In this document: positions 46,234 through 59,245 of the stretch, in pieces
How the letters are laid out: the number at the start of each line of letters is the position of its first letter
Numbering within the stretch: position 1 is the stretch's first letter
Notes under the pieces: model-generated
The model's database searches: none
What the model was told of the DNA's origin: nothing
What the model saw: only the letters and a program-made list of their open reading frames with translations
Made by a program: the position numbers and the translations under genes
Assembly (NCBI GenBank): GCA_002189035.1
Contig: NEEC01000013.1
Coordinates: 3,154,252 to 3,218,251, forward strand
Source: Utricularia gibba
Taxonomy: Eukaryota; Plantae; Magnoliophyta
DNA: 64,000 nucleotides
Direction of reading: 5' to 3'

Positions 46234-49200
46234 ATGCTTGCAAATGGTGCTCTTCAAGTTGAAGGAAATGCCGTCGCCGGTGCTTCAGGATACAGGAGCT
46301 TAGGCCTCGACTCAACGCGTCGAGCGGCCATGCTGCAAATGGACAATGATTTTTTTCTCGGTATTATTTTTCGTGGCCGTGTTTCGTTGATTATTATGTA
46401 AAATATTCTATCATTGTATTAGAGAGTGATCATGTCCTTGATGGGGAAAACATGGTAATCGCAACTGTTCTTCCCATTTTCCTTTAACGCTTTCAATCAA
46501 ATATTTGATGTTTTTTTTTTTTATCATTGAGTATCTTGGACAACGTATAGAAAAAAAAAATGTGATCAATATTCAATATTTGTTTGTGGACGGTCATCTG
46601 GTACTCGTGTGCTCGTTATTGTGATCTTCAGATGATCTTGAAAAATAGTTCATGACTGTTTTAATTGCAAAAAAATCCCTTTTCTGCTGGTGTCTATTTT
46701 TCAGGCTTATTCTCTACTTATGTTTGTAATCTGATAGGTGACGCTTCAGAAGATGTTGGAGATAACTGTTTCTTCTGTTTTACCAATACGTTACCCGTTG
46801 ATGACGCATATTCAGTGGACGGTGCACTTGAAACTCAGTTAGTAGATCCAACTGCTGAAACCCAGGTCATGGATGATGTCGCCTATGATAAATGTTTAAC
46901 ACTTAAATTTTCAAGGGAGTCTGATGCCGATAAAGCTGAAGTTAATGCAAAGAGTACAATGAACAATGTCAACCCTGTCCCTGACACAGAGGTGCAGATT
47001 CTAGATAGTTTTACTGATAAACTTTGATGGTAAGCCATTTACAACTGAGGTTGCGCTTTCCAGTATCCTTGCAGACAAGGTGAGATTGCTTCAGGAACGT
47101 CATTTGACAAATGCACGAATACAAGTCACCATTCAGGTCCATTTTCTCTGCAAGACATGCAAGGGCATGATTTTTTTTTATTAGTGTAATCACCTTTATA
47201 TGATCTGATTCCAGAACTTCACGCATTTATGGATGATTACTTAGTAATCATTTTATCATTATATTTTACTGCAAATTACTGCTATGATCAGTAATTTTAC
47301 TTGATCTATGTGGTTTAGTGCCCATATTTCTATAATGTGTATCTGAAAACATGAAACTCTTCCTTTAACTAGCACACAAATGACATGTCTTATTTCAGGG
47401 TCAGTTCTCAGAGGCTTTACCTCAATCCGTGTTGCATCCGTTAGGGCATCTGGTTTGGCAGCTCAAGCAAAAAAAAAGTTTGTGCATCATCTTCTGAACC
47501 ACAATACCACCGGCAAGATATGCCATCTTTATCAGGTTTAACGAATTCTGTTACAAGAATTAGTTGGGATATTTTACCTAATAACAGCCAGAGAATATGT
47601 GAGGGAAGTGTAGGATCAGACAAACGCAAGGTCAGGAGCACAACTGTGAGGAAACTTTTCAGGGAGGATGATGCCAATGAAGTTGCTCTCTCAGAAATAA
47701 GAGATAACTCAGTTAAAGATGTTGGCATTCCCAAATCGGTGTCTTTCATGGGGTTAGTTTATGACGGTGACCATGAACCTGGAGAGTTGTCACAATCTCA
47801 TGCACTTGAATCGGTGGAAAAACTTATCAAGCTTAATGCCTTTGAACTTGAGAAAGGTTTCAGCCCCCAATTTCAAATGAAACAAGCAATGAAAGCTGCC
47901 TCTAGTGCGAGAGGCTGCAGAGACTTGGCACAGAAGTCTGCTGTACGAAGCGTGGATGGAATTTGTGAAATTTTTGATTGGAATGAGAAATGCGAAAATG
48001 ATAGTGGTGGTGGTTTCTTCGCGACAAAAAAGGACCTTTGCTTTGCTGATGGAGTCCCTGATAGGAAGTGCCTGGGAGGAAACCTAAAACCTAGGGACCC
48101 CCACTTAGACGTTGAGGCTAAATATGTTGTTGAAAAAGAACGTAAAGATTCGAGGGAAAATTTAGCTGATCCACTTTACTCAGATTCGCAAATGTTGCAG
48201 CAAGAAAATAGAAATTCATTTTCGAAGAAAGAACAGCACTTCTCTCCGAGTCTGAAAAAGGATCTTTTTTCCATCAAGTCCAATTTGGTATACAATGATA
48301 TGGACGGGGATTTTCTAGGCATTGAAAATATAGGCCCGGACACTCAAAAGGCTGTTGAAGCGATGGAGGATCTGTGTTTTGAGGTGCATTTAAGTGAAAC
48401 TGGTAGTGATGTTTGTAAAAAAGGAGCCAACAATGGAGCTAGTAGAGATTCCGCTTCTAAAAGACCCAGAAAAACAAGTTGTAGTAAACGGTCCAAGGAG
48501 ACGAGTAAAAAAAGGCCATATGATGCTAGTCGGGTAAACCTTGAGTTCAAGACAACTGTAGACAAGAAAAGAAACGTGACTGCAAAATGTAGTAGTGACA
48601 ATGCTTTAAGCATTTCAAAATCTAGGGGTCCAGGGCCATGTACTCCCAAGCAATCAGAGGAAGGATTCTTTGAATCATCTGGGGTTTCAAATGATGGTGC
48701 GCATGGATCTTTGATTGAATCCTCACATTCACAAGAAAATCATTTGGACCAATGGTATTCATCTGATGTTACCCCTTCGCACCAATATTTCTCCAACGGA
48801 CGTTCAAGGAATGCTGTCTTTACATGTAAGGAGTATGATCGGAACATTCCTGATCAGATGACGTCAAAGGATGCTAAAGCTGTTAGCTGCTTGGAATATT
48901 CAACAATGAGAGGGCTTGAAACTTTTCCCACAGCTTCTACGTCACTTGATGATTGTATCAAGGTGAATGATGGATCCCCTATTTGTATGGGGGGTGAATA
49001 TCCCAAACAGTTTTGCAGAAAGAGGTCATCCAAGCTGTACCTTAAAAGAGAGATTGATAACCTAGTACCACAACCTTCGTGTCAATCCACTGCCTTGCGA
49101 AAGAGAAGATATATTGCCCATGTCAAAGTCTTGTTCAGCCAGCATCTGGATGTAGATGTTATTAAGCACCAGAAAAGGGTATTGGTTTTCCCTTCAAGTT

Positions 49201-50228
49201 TCGTTATGGGGTAGGTTAAACTGATTTATTTTGTTTTTTATGTGATAAAATATTTCAGATTTTGGCCCGGCTGGGTGGGGAAAGTGTATCATCAATTTCA
49301 GATGCAACACATTTCGTGGCTGATGAATTTACGCGTACAAGAAATATGCTAGAAGCAATTGCGTTTGGAAAGCCAGTTGTTACCCATTTATGGATTGAGA
49401 GCTGTGGACAAGCTAATTGTCTTATTGATGAAAAAAATTACATACTTAGGGATTCCAAAAAGGAAATGGAGTTCGGCTTCTGCCTACCAGCTTCTCTTGA
49501 AAGAGCAGGCCAACATTCACTGTTACAGGTAACTGATGCCTTAAGCGGTAATAATTGGAGGATCTTATATGACAGCAGAGTTTCCTGATTTATGTAATGC
49601 AGGGCAGGAAGGTCTTGATCACCCCAAATGTAAGCCCCGGAAAAGACATTCTTGCAAATTTGGTCAAAGCGGTCGGCGGTTTGGTAAGTCCAAGAAAAAA
49701 AAGGCTTCTTGGCCTTTTTTTTTTTGTATTATGCGATAATCACACCCAGACCAAGAAAAAAGACTTCCCATTGAATGTTAGCAGCCAGTTGAAAGACTCG
49801 GGCGATCTGTGCTGAAGGATGGAAGATTTATGGATGATCTTATTCTGTCTTGCAATGAGGATTATGATGTTTGTGTTCCTTTTATAGAAAAAGGTACACA
49901 TATCCCCTGTCCAAAATAAACTGAATAAGAATGCGCTGATTGATTTTTATGCAGGTGCTACTGTCTACAGCACGGAGCTATTGCTGAATGGAATTGTCAA
50001 GCAGAGACTGGAGTACGAAAGGTTGGTCCGCAGTACTCGTAGTACACCTAAATTTTGGTCTGGTTGGACCTAAAGAATCGGCCTGTGATGGTTCATTTTG
50101 ATCCCAAATCTCTTCGGCTAATCGACAGGCATTTTCTGTATGGTGATAAAGTCGAAAGAACTCGTTCCAGACTCTGGGCGAAAACGAAGGGCCGCAATCT
50201 TCCAGTGAGGAAAAACAAACGATGCTAG
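46234..50228 (+). CDS. BRCT-domain DNA-damage protein (MDC1/PTIP-like plant family); apparent 1-nt frameshift in A9 at 47469-47477
   Basis: Conserved GFTSIRVASVRASGLAA; large exon 47399-49177; BRCT motifs ARLGG, ATHFVADEFTRTRNMLEAIAFGKPVVTHLWIESC, YSTELLLNGIVKQRLEYER. Start exon is uncertain. Confidence 0.82.
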
Positions 50229-50461
50229 TAAATGGAAGCATGAATTGAACACTCTACTCTCTTATTCACATTGTGTGAATCCCTCAGCCTCGGTTGGTTC
50301 TACTTCCACAAGTCTTTGTTTGTTTAAAAGAAAGATATCCCACTGTAATTATTAGAACAAAGTATTTGCTTCTTACATATCACAGTTACAAGAGTTGGTC
50401 TCCTCTAAAATATTACATAATGTGGCTGGCACTTGGTCAATTAATTATAACGTATGTCCCA

Positions 50462-53400
50462 TCAACGATTGGCCATGATCCCAAGAGCGTCTCTGGTTTT
50501 CCCGAGCATGTTAAAGACAGTTGCGGCAATGTGAGCTGGTGTTAGTCCTGCTTGCATCATCTGGTCGGCTGGGGATCCATGGTCAATGTAACGGTCGGGA
50601 AGAACGATTGGCCTCCACTGCACAAGATGCCATTCATTAAGTTTTTAATCAGATGGCATTCCCTTTGTTTACGGCATCTAAGCGAGTATTGCAGATGAGT
50701 TTACCTTCAAGTTGCCATCTAGAAGGCCATCCAGTGCTAGGAAGTGCGCAACGTGTGATGCAAAGCCGCCAATTGAACCTTCTTCCACGGTGATGAGGAT
50801 TTCATGTGATTTGGCCAGGCATCGAACAAGAGCATGGTCCAGAGGTTTACAGAAGCGAGCATCCGCAACTGTTACATCCAGGCTATGGGATCCTAACAAG
50901 GCAGCAGCAGCCAGACAACTCTGAACACCTGTTCCGTAGCCCAACAAAGCCACTCTATCGCCCTCCATAATTATTCGCCCTTTCCCAACCTGAACAATAT
51001 TATGGTGGTTGATGAGTTAATAATTCTTGATTAATTTAGGACCTCAGCAAGATTGTTTAATGACCCAATGACTGAATAAATGGTTAGTGCCGAACCTCTA
51101 GAGGAACTCCCTTGTTTCCAAGAGGCAGCTTCACGCCTACCCCATTACCTCTTGGATACCGGAAACAGCTTGGTCTATCGTCTATGGCAGCGGCCGTTGC
51201 CACCATGTGAAAAAGCTCAGCCTCATCTGAAGGGGCCATCACAACCATGTTGGGGAGGCATGCCATATAAGTAACATCAAAAGCCCCACAATGGGTAGGG
51301 CCATCGGCTCCTACTAACCCTGCTCTATCCATTGCAAACCGCACTGGTAGCTTCTGTAAATCCACGTCATGGACAACCTGAATTTAAAAAGAAAAAAAAC
51401 GAGTGAATCGCAAATATATCGATGTTTTGAAAATGCAGTGATATTATGACATTGGAAATTTACTTCGAGGAAAGAAAAAAGATGCTAGCTCACCTGGTCA
51501 TACGCTCTTTGCAAGAATGATGAGTAGATTGCACAAAACGGTTTAATGCCTTCACATGCCATGCCAGCAGCAAAGGTTACAGCATGTTGCTCAGCTATCC
51601 CAACGTCAAAACATCTGTTTGGAAACCGACGTTGAAAAAGATTCAGTCCTGTTCCTCCTCCCATTGCAGCATGGATAGCAACAATATCCTTGTCCACCTC
51701 AGCTTCAGAAATAAGAGCCTCTGCGAAGTATGCTGTGTACGACTGAGTTTCAGAATTGGACTTAAACTGTTTTCCAGTTGCAGGATCAAACTTGGTCACG
51801 CCTGCAAAATGCAAAATAATCAATTCAAGACTCGTGAAATTACTGGAAAATGATGGAACAAGACCAACCAAACCAGGCGACATTCAAACAAGTTAAAAAT
51901 ACATAAATAAATTACCATGATACTTGTCCGCGGCCTTTTCAGCAAAGGGGTATCCCCTGCCTTTCTCTGTTGCAACATGAATCAAAACAGGACCAGTGAT
52001 GTTGGTGTTCTTTACTTCTTTCAGAATGGTTACCAGGTCATCAATGTTGTGACCATCAACTGGACCAATGTAGTACAGCCCTAGCTCCTCAAACAAAGTT
52101 GCACCTGAACCACTTATGAGTCCACGAGCATACTCATCAACCTTAGCAGCAAGCTGATGCATGGGCCCTCCAATCTGCTTCGTAACTCCCTGAGACAATT
52201 TGAAGAGACGATAATCAAGCTGTGAATCACTTAAGGGTGAAGATATATGAGACTAACCTTGGCAACTTCCCTTAATTCTCTGAGTGGCCCATTGGACTGC
52301 AACCTGCTCAAAGCACTACTCAAAGCTCCAACAGGAGGGGTGGGACCATCTAAGTTAGCAGTAGGCAGCGAAACTTGCTTATTGTCATTGAGTATCACAA
52401 TCATGTCGGAGTCCAGGTATCCAGCATTGTTCATTGCTTCATATGCCTGACCTGCTGTCATTGCTCCATCTCCGATCACAGCTACGACATGGTTTTTCCT
52501 TCCTTTTATATCTCTTCCCACAGCCATTCCTGATTATGTCACGAAATTTATTCTCAAACCAACAAATCCCTTTCCGTGACAAACTCTACAAAATTAATAG
52601 ACGATCCAGGGAAAATATTTGTCATTGCTATATTATGGTGGTTTCCATATGTAGAATAAATCATGCATTTCTTGAACCAAGTCTGAATTGAGTTCATTCT
52701 AAAAACAAGATATACCTAAACCAGCTGAAATGGTGGTTGAACTGTGGCCAGCACCAAAACAATCGTATTCACTCTCAGAGCGCTTAGTAAATCCACAAAG
52801 ACCCTCAGTTTGTCTCAAAGTTGGCATCTTATCCCGTCTTCCAGTCAGAATTTTATGTGGATATGACTGAGAATAGGAAAATACGATTATAGCATGTTTT
52901 CTATGGTATCTTGTGCCATCCAAAAAATAAAAGAAAGAAAGAAAACACACCTGGTGACCAACATCCCAAAGAATTCTATCGCTAGGGGCATTAAAAACAT
53001 AATGAAGGGCCACCGTGAGCTCAACAACACCAAGACTTGAACCAAGATGACCACCGGTTTTAGACACGTTGAAAATAACATCTGAACGAAGTTCATCTGC
53101 AAGCTGTTTAAGGTCCTGCACGGCGCAAAAAATTTTCATTAGCAAATTTAAAACCTCATAAAATGAGCATCTTGTGCCGCACTGGACCTTTAAAGAGAGA
53201 TTTTTCATGTGAATTGGATAATTTATGGTGTCCAGAAGGGGAGTTGGAGGCTTCTGTGAGAAGTATTCCCCTCGTTCTGACAATGATGCACTTATCCCAG
53301 CTGACCTTTTTTTGGCCTGAAAAGATGCCAAACAAGCACTCCAGTTAACAACATGAAGATGGGTAAACCCAAATACCAAAATGAGATTAAGAAAGAACCG

Positions 53401-53837
53401 TTTTTTTCTTTTTTTGATAAACCGAAGTACTTTTATTAGCAAGCTCTCACATTCTAAGACGCTATTAGTCACACACACACACACACACACACACAAAACA
53501 GCAGAGCATTTATAAACCCCTAAGTCTTAACAACCTCCGAAAAGATTAAGAAAAAAATATACCCGGAAAAATGAATGTCAAAGTTGCCAAATAATGAGCA
53601 TGTGACCGTCCCCATACTAGGTAAACCTGGAAACCCCTAATCATGCAGAAGAGTTTCCTATCAATCTCAGGAACACCTATAAAATATGAGCAAATTGTGA
53701 ACCTGATTCAACTTGTTTGTGAGGTTATATCTCAGATCCGCGCCATGTAGCCAGTCAGAAGGACTAACTTTCTTGCGAGCATCTGCCGTCGCCACTACGC
53801 TCATATTTCCACAAAAGGGAACAGTGCTAAGAGCCAT
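50462..53837 (-). CDS. DXS: 1-deoxy-D-xylulose-5-phosphate synthase (clade 1), plastid MEP pathway
   Basis: [99 protein letters not shown]. Confidence 0.96.
53469..53494. repeat. (AC)n microsatellite in DXS intron 1
   Basis: About 13 AC units seen directly. Confidence 0.9.
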
Positions 53838-54340
53838 GATGAGCAGCGCTTCTCTCCACAAGCTTTTGTATAATTCTTATGCTGGGCTGCAGGCGTAGAA
53901 CTGACACGAACTGCTAAACTCAAGCTCAACTTGATTGCCTGTTCAAACAGAAGGTCAGAAATGCGGTGGTTGAATCTGCTCGACTTTCCTGTCGCAGAAG
54001 CTCGATCTGGGGTTTCCTCTAGACTCAACAGAAACTGGCTAGATACCCAGTGAAATATTGATAGCCGTGACCGAGTTTGGTGAAGAGCTCAGTCGAAGAA
54101 TCGAAGAAACAAATTAATGGGGTTGTGCATCTCTGTAACAACCTTCTTCTCCAGGAAATTGAACGCATTTATGGAATGGTTGAAACCAAAGGTGCCAGAG
54201 TGAGTATTAGGCCACGTCAAGGGAAATCACTAGAGGATAGATAAGGAATCAGGATTTCGGATTTTCCTTTAAATATTTTGCGTGTGTTTTTATTGGATTT
54301 AATTTTTGTTGATAACAGTATTCTTTCATTAAAACTAGCA

Positions 54341-54398
54341 GTAAGGCATCGGTTTTTGGTAAAGGCATGATGCCAAGGTTCGAATCCTGTTGCTTCGA
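54341..54398 (+). pseudogene. trnQ: Degenerate mitochondrial-type tRNA-Gln(UUG) fragment (putative NUMT)
   Basis: GTAAGGCATCGGTTTTTGGTAAAGGCATG..CCAAGGTTCGAATCCTGTTGCTTCG resembles the plant mitochondrial trnQ 3' two-thirds as recalled; anticodon TTG at 54356-54358; intact B-box GGTTCGAATCC at 54377-54387; 5' acceptor strand missing and anticodon stem broken. Confidence 0.7.
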
Positions 54399-55177
54399 CT
54401 GACGACATGGGAAGCTGCGGCTGACTGCAGTACCTTAGCCCCCTGCTCTGCTTTTAGCAAGCCAAAGGGCATGGGATTCTGTATACTGCAGTATAAACCT
54501 TCCTCTTTTTTCAAAGATGATCTCCAAACCTGAACAAATCCGGTAAGAAATCCAATAACTACTAATCACTCTCCCCAAGCAGTGGAGGTTGGCATCCTTT
54601 GAAACCAAAAACAACAACCAAACACTTTAGAAAACATTTTTTTGGGGTTTTTCAGACTAGTGCTCTAAAACATCCCAAAACCAAACCGGAAAATTTTGGA
54701 ATTTCCAGGTAACGGGCCCCGGTTTGAAGACGCTGCATGAAGCACTAAGATCTTGAGACCCAACCAAGAGTTCTTGATGCTTCCATTGGAGCGTGAGCTC
54801 CATTTCTCCAAGATACCCATGTTTCTTCAATTGAGACTTTGGGTAAGGTGTAGACCTCAAATGGACTGGTGGCATGTGGAAGACTCGTTGGATTTCACAG
54901 GCTCAAAGTATCCGACACCATGATTACAACTCCTGCCCATTTGAGTTGAAGTTTTTGGGGTTCACCACCAACACCCAGTGGCTGGCCCATGCGTAAATTT
55001 GGATGACACTGGGCAACAGCGATTGCCACGTACTATGTGGTAGAGGATGTTATTGGTCCATTAGATATGGCTTATCCTCCCGCTATCCAGCAAGGCCACA
55101 AAATCATACAAGGTAGACCAGAACCAGATCTCTCTGGCATCACACACGTCTTCAGACGGCCCTGCCCCAATCAGTCC

Positions 55178-55801
55178 ATGGCTATGGCATCCCAAGCCTC
55201 TGTGTTGACATCCACACTCGCAAACACCAGCCGTCTGGTCCCTGCGTCGAAGCACCAATCTCTCTTACATTTCTCCACCGTGAAGCCTATCTTGTCTTCC
55301 ATTGCCCACCGCCCGATCCGAGCCATGTCAGGGGAGGCGCCGCCAGCTACGGTAACCGACGCTCCCGCAGGATTCACTCCACCGGAACTGGATCCCAATA
55401 CACCGTCGCCAATATTCGGCGGTAGCACCGGCGGGCTTCTCCGCAAGGCCCAGGTCGAGGAATTCTATGTCATTACCTGGGACTCCCCCAAGGAACAAGT
55501 GTTCGAGATGCCCACAGGCGGCGCCGCTATCATGCGCCAGGGCCCGAACCTGCTGAAGTTGGCTAGAAAGGAGCAGTGCCTGGCCTTGGGGACGAGGTTG
55601 AGATCCAAGTACAAGATCAAGTACCAGTTTTATCGAGTGTTTCCTAATGGAGAGGTCCAGTATTTGCACCCCAAAGACGGTGTCTACCCGGAGAAGGTGA
55701 ATGCTGGTAGGACCGGGGTGGGCCAGAACTTCCGATCCATAGGTAAGAACGCCAATCCGATCGAGGTCAAGTTCACTGGGAAGCAAGTGTACGATTTGTA
55801 A
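55178..55801 (+). CDS. PSAD: Photosystem I reaction center subunit II, intronless, with transit peptide
   Basis: [59 protein letters not shown]; start MAMASQAS at 55178. Confidence 0.97.
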   Translation: MAMASQASVLTSTLANTSRLVPASKHQSLLHFSTVKPILSSIAHRPIRAMSGEAPPATVTDAPAGFTPPELDPNTPSPIFGGSTGGLLRKAQVEEFYVITWDSPKEQVFEMPTGGAAIMRQGPNLLKLARKEQCLALGTRLRSKYKIKYQFYRVFPNGEVQYLHPKDGVYPEKVNAGRTGVGQNFRSIGKNANPIEVKFTGKQVYDL

Positions 55802-55880
55802 GTTGCTGATATCAAATGTACATCCAATGAATCGCTGTCAAAAAAAGATCTCTACTTCACTCAAAACATTCCACTCCTTT

Positions 55881-56205
55881 TTGTTTGCTTGCACATACAA
55901 GCTAAGCCACCAGCATAACCTTAACCTTATATATAATATATAGTATAGAAGATTTATATTCAAAGTTACACATAAATAATTGTTTTATTAATTAACATAT
56001 GTATAATCATATTGTATAATTATACCAATCATATATTCATTTTTTGATTAATAGATAATATACATAAATGGAGAGAGTTTAATTATATCTATAGCAATCA
56101 CGTACTAAAACCTCTATTTATAAATATAAAACGTTATATACAATTAAATACATGTATATCCAATTATACTATACTTAAACATACTAATATTTTACTATCA
56201 AACAA
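55881..56205. mobile_element. Very AT-rich island, possibly a decayed MITE
   Basis: About 320 bp of markedly AT-rich sequence bounded by TTGTTTGCT (55881) and ATCAAACAA (56197-56205), an 8/9 inverted match resembling PIF/Tourist-type ends; no clear target-site duplication. Confidence 0.25.
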
Positions 56206-57052
56206 TCTTTATATCACCATTCTTAATCACTTTTTGGAGGTTCTATAGAAGTAGTCGTAGATGAAAGGACAGTTCGCCCACATCCGATAACCAATTCTTG
56301 TTCACCCAGGATGATCGTGGGAAATTTGAAACCAGGACACATCTTAACCGTTGCTCAACATATAACTCAAATAAATACATCAAATACTGGAAAAATAAAA
56401 TCCGAAATTGTCAGCATGGGCGATAAAACCCTACTCTTTAAAGAAGCCCAATTGTTTCCTCAACAAAAGAAGCCCAATCCAATAACGAGAGTAAAACGCA
56501 TGCCCAAGTCCAGCCCTCCGCTCCAGGAGAGCTCTCCCCATTTTCCCTTGCACTCGTCTCGCTACTCGACGATTTTGTGCTGTGTGTTCATCATACTTTT
56601 CACTGCCTCACTCGGGAAAGGTGATTGTTTTCATTTTGGTATTTCATCCTTTTACGAGTTAATGGACGTATGCGTGGGAGACGAATTGTTAGGGTTTTAG
56701 GTGCATAACAGGTGCTTGATTTGTGATTGATATTATGACTGGTTCATGGATTCTCATTACCTGTTTCTCACCCGCCTTTTGAAGCGTTCGTTTTTATTTT
56801 TGAATCCGGAGGGTTGAATCCGAGAGCGGGATTTACGTCCCTTAATCTGGAAGAATAAAACTTCGTTGAAATTTAGTTCTCTCAGGAGAGTGTACTGGTA
56901 GGTTGGGATAGGTAGTATCTTATATAGTGAAAACGTAGACTGGTTGCCGTGAAATTTGAATGCTGAGGTGTTTCATGCAAACATGTGATATACATCTCAT
57001 CTCGCATTATGCTCTAGCAATCTTCTTTTATTGGTATTTTCAGATCAATAGC

Positions 57053-57505
57053 ATGGCAAGAGTTGAAGGTGAAAGCAAAGAACCTCCCAATGAGCAGGCT
57101 GTTGCGAGCATTTACACTTCAATGAGAACTGAAATAAATCAAATTTATTCCAAAATCACCGAACTAGAAATGGAGGTCAGCGAGCATTCTTTGGTAATCA
57201 ATGCCATAAAACCATTAGATCCATCCAGGCGGTGCTACCGAATGATTGGAGGAGTTCTTGTTGAGAGGACAATTAATGAAGTTTTACCTGCTGTGCAAAG
57301 AAACAAGGAAGGGTTGGAGGAAGTCATTGCTCGACTAAGTGAAGCATTGGAAAAGAAGAAAACTGAGATGGCTGACTTTGAGGCTAAGTACAAAATCAGA
57401 ATTAGAAGGGTTGACGATGAAATTAAGGATGAGAACATCAAGAAGGGAGGTAACGCCCAAGGAGTTCTTGTAGGTTCTGCTGATGCTGATGCGCAGCCAA
57501 AATAA
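57053..57505 (+). CDS. PFD2: Prefoldin subunit 2 (single coding exon; probable 5'UTR intron)
   Basis: KITELEMEVSEHSLVINAIKPLDPSRRCYRMIGGVLVERTINEVLPAVQRNKEG, C-terminal QGVLV; cag acceptor just upstream of the ATG. Confidence 0.93.
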   Translation: MARVEGESKEPPNEQAVASIYTSMRTEINQIYSKITELEMEVSEHSLVINAIKPLDPSRRCYRMIGGVLVERTINEVLPAVQRNKEGLEEVIARLSEALEKKKTEMADFEAKYKIRIRRVDDEIKDENIKKGGNAQGVLVGSADADAQPK

Positions 57506-57887
57506 ATTTTCACTCGCTCACTAATGGCACCTTTTCAATTTGGACTCCAGTCAGTGTGGCCTTCAAATTAATTTCTCCTGCTGTTATTCTATATTTGGAT
57601 GTTTTTGTTGAAGGTTGTTAGCCAGTTTCTTTTAGTTTGTCGTATTTCTTCGTTATTGTTTATTATTGGAGGCACTTCTCAAATTATGTTTGGATATCAG
57701 CCGTTGGATCCCCTATATTTACTCCTCTTGATCTCCACTTTTAGCATCGCCTCTCCTGATAATGGAACGGTTATTAGCGCCACCTTCAGGATTATCTATC
57801 CTCTTCCCTCTGTGTTTCTCTCCCTGTCTCTTTGGCTTGCGTCTGCCTTCCTCTTCAGAAAACTTTCTGTGAGGGAGGGATAGAGTG

Positions 57888-58287
57888 ATGGTTGCCGTCC
57901 CCATGAGTTTCCTGGACAGAGGATATGGGGCGCCGGGCGGATCCATTCCTGTCGAAATGTGTAAGAAAATTGATACGGTTTTGTTTGAATGGGAAGCCCT
58001 TCAAATGGCCGTCCAAAATGAGTGGGGTGGGTGGAGTACCATGCAGAAGTGTCATCAACTTGTCTCTGATGTACTATCCTTGTTATGTGGAGGATTAGCT
58101 GAGTTAGACGAGTTGGAAAATTTGCTTCACGAAAGAATGCTGCTCAGTTTCAATGCAGAAATTGAAGACGGTAGCACAGAGGAGGTATGTCTCTGCCTCT
58201 TTTTCATCGGCGACTATTCCTCTGATTTATTTAGTAATATAGGTGGCTGAGCAGTTGATGATCATACGCAATGAATACTTCAAATAG
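57888..58287 (+). CDS. TSR2: Pre-rRNA-processing protein TSR2-like (WGG domain), short form of about 113 aa; exons 57888-58184 and 58243-58287
   Basis: WEALQMAVQNEWGG, ELENLL, FNAEIEDGSTEEV|AEQLM; GT-AG intron keeps the frame. Confidence 0.78.
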
Positions 58288-58989
58288 AGGCATGATTGTA
58301 AACAAATGCGTGATGTTTCACGGGTAACCCTTTCAGCTAGTGTTTTTGTGTTGATCCAACGAGGTGCCATTGAGCTTATCGTTTCGCCTCTCTGAATATG
58401 TGGACATTGTTTTTTCCCTGTTGTCTTCATCTAACAATGGATTTTTGTTTATCAACAGTGTACCTTGGAAACAGGGCCTTGAGAGCTCGTATTATGTGTT
58501 TTGCACCAGGATAGGTACTTTGGTTTAGAGTTTTGTCGTAGCTTGTCAAAATGGCAACGCAACATTATGAATGCAAAATGGAAGTTAGATGCTTTGGGAG
58601 AAAAGGGGCGGGGGCCGTAGTGGGGATGGGAAATTCCAGTCCTAGATGATGAATTGAATGTAGCGAATGTTTAACGATGGTATGAGATACTTGTGACCTA
58701 TGAAGTGGTTGTGAGAATTCAAGGTAAGAGAGGGAGTTGGCCCTTTGGCATGTTCATTCTCATCCAAAACAACCTGAAATAAAGGCTATCGTGCAAGTGT
58801 GCAATTTTTTTTTGAATATTTTTAATTTGTTGTAATAAGAGAATCGCACGGGATCGGATGGAATTGCTGTGCGCGTGTTTTGCTTTTGAAGGATTGAAAT
58901 GATTTCATTAAATATGGTGCAAACCGGACTGAATATTGGGTAAATGAGATTGTTTATCTCAAAGTTTAGAGCCATATGATACCTGAGCA

Positions 58990-59245
58990 AGATAATAAGC
59001 TGATTGGGGTGTCCTTCCCTGCTGGCGAGGCGAATGGTGCGAGACTGGGAAGCCTTGATTTTCCTTTGGACATCAGCGGCTAGTGCAATCAATTCGCCCC
59101 AGTAAGCTTCTGCTCGGTTGTTCTGCAGTAACGGGAATAGGCGATTAGTCTCGATAAAGTTGGAGCCTTGGAGGTCTTTAGCAACGCCAAGTGCGAAGGG
59201 GACAACTAAAGCATCAGCGTGCTCGCGTGAAGAGACTGTTGACAT
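58990..59245 (-). mobile_element. RNase H-like (RVT_3-type) relic, possibly from a non-LTR retroelement
   Basis: ORF 58760-59245 begins SREHADALVVPFALGVAKDL..FIETN..LIALAADVQRKI..IRLASREG, loosely following the plant RNase H-like pattern (HAEALA..AL..A..L..VESD..DI..L..F.H..REGN). The 3' part of the ORF looks non-coding. Confidence 0.35.

Noticed and set aside
47063-47398. U12-like signals (GTATCCTT at 47063, TCCTTTAAC near 47361) in the BRCT gene
   Set aside because: Using them needs an extra frameshift; an ordinary U2 model (intron 46992-47063, exon 47064-47136) keeps the frame without it.
47466-47480. A_AAA_AAG slippery heptamer in exactly the frame needed to rescue the BRCT gene by -1 ribosomal frameshifting
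   Set aside because: The same one-base shortfall occurs at five other homopolymers without slippery motifs; no downstream stimulatory structure was recognised; assembly error is more parsimonious.
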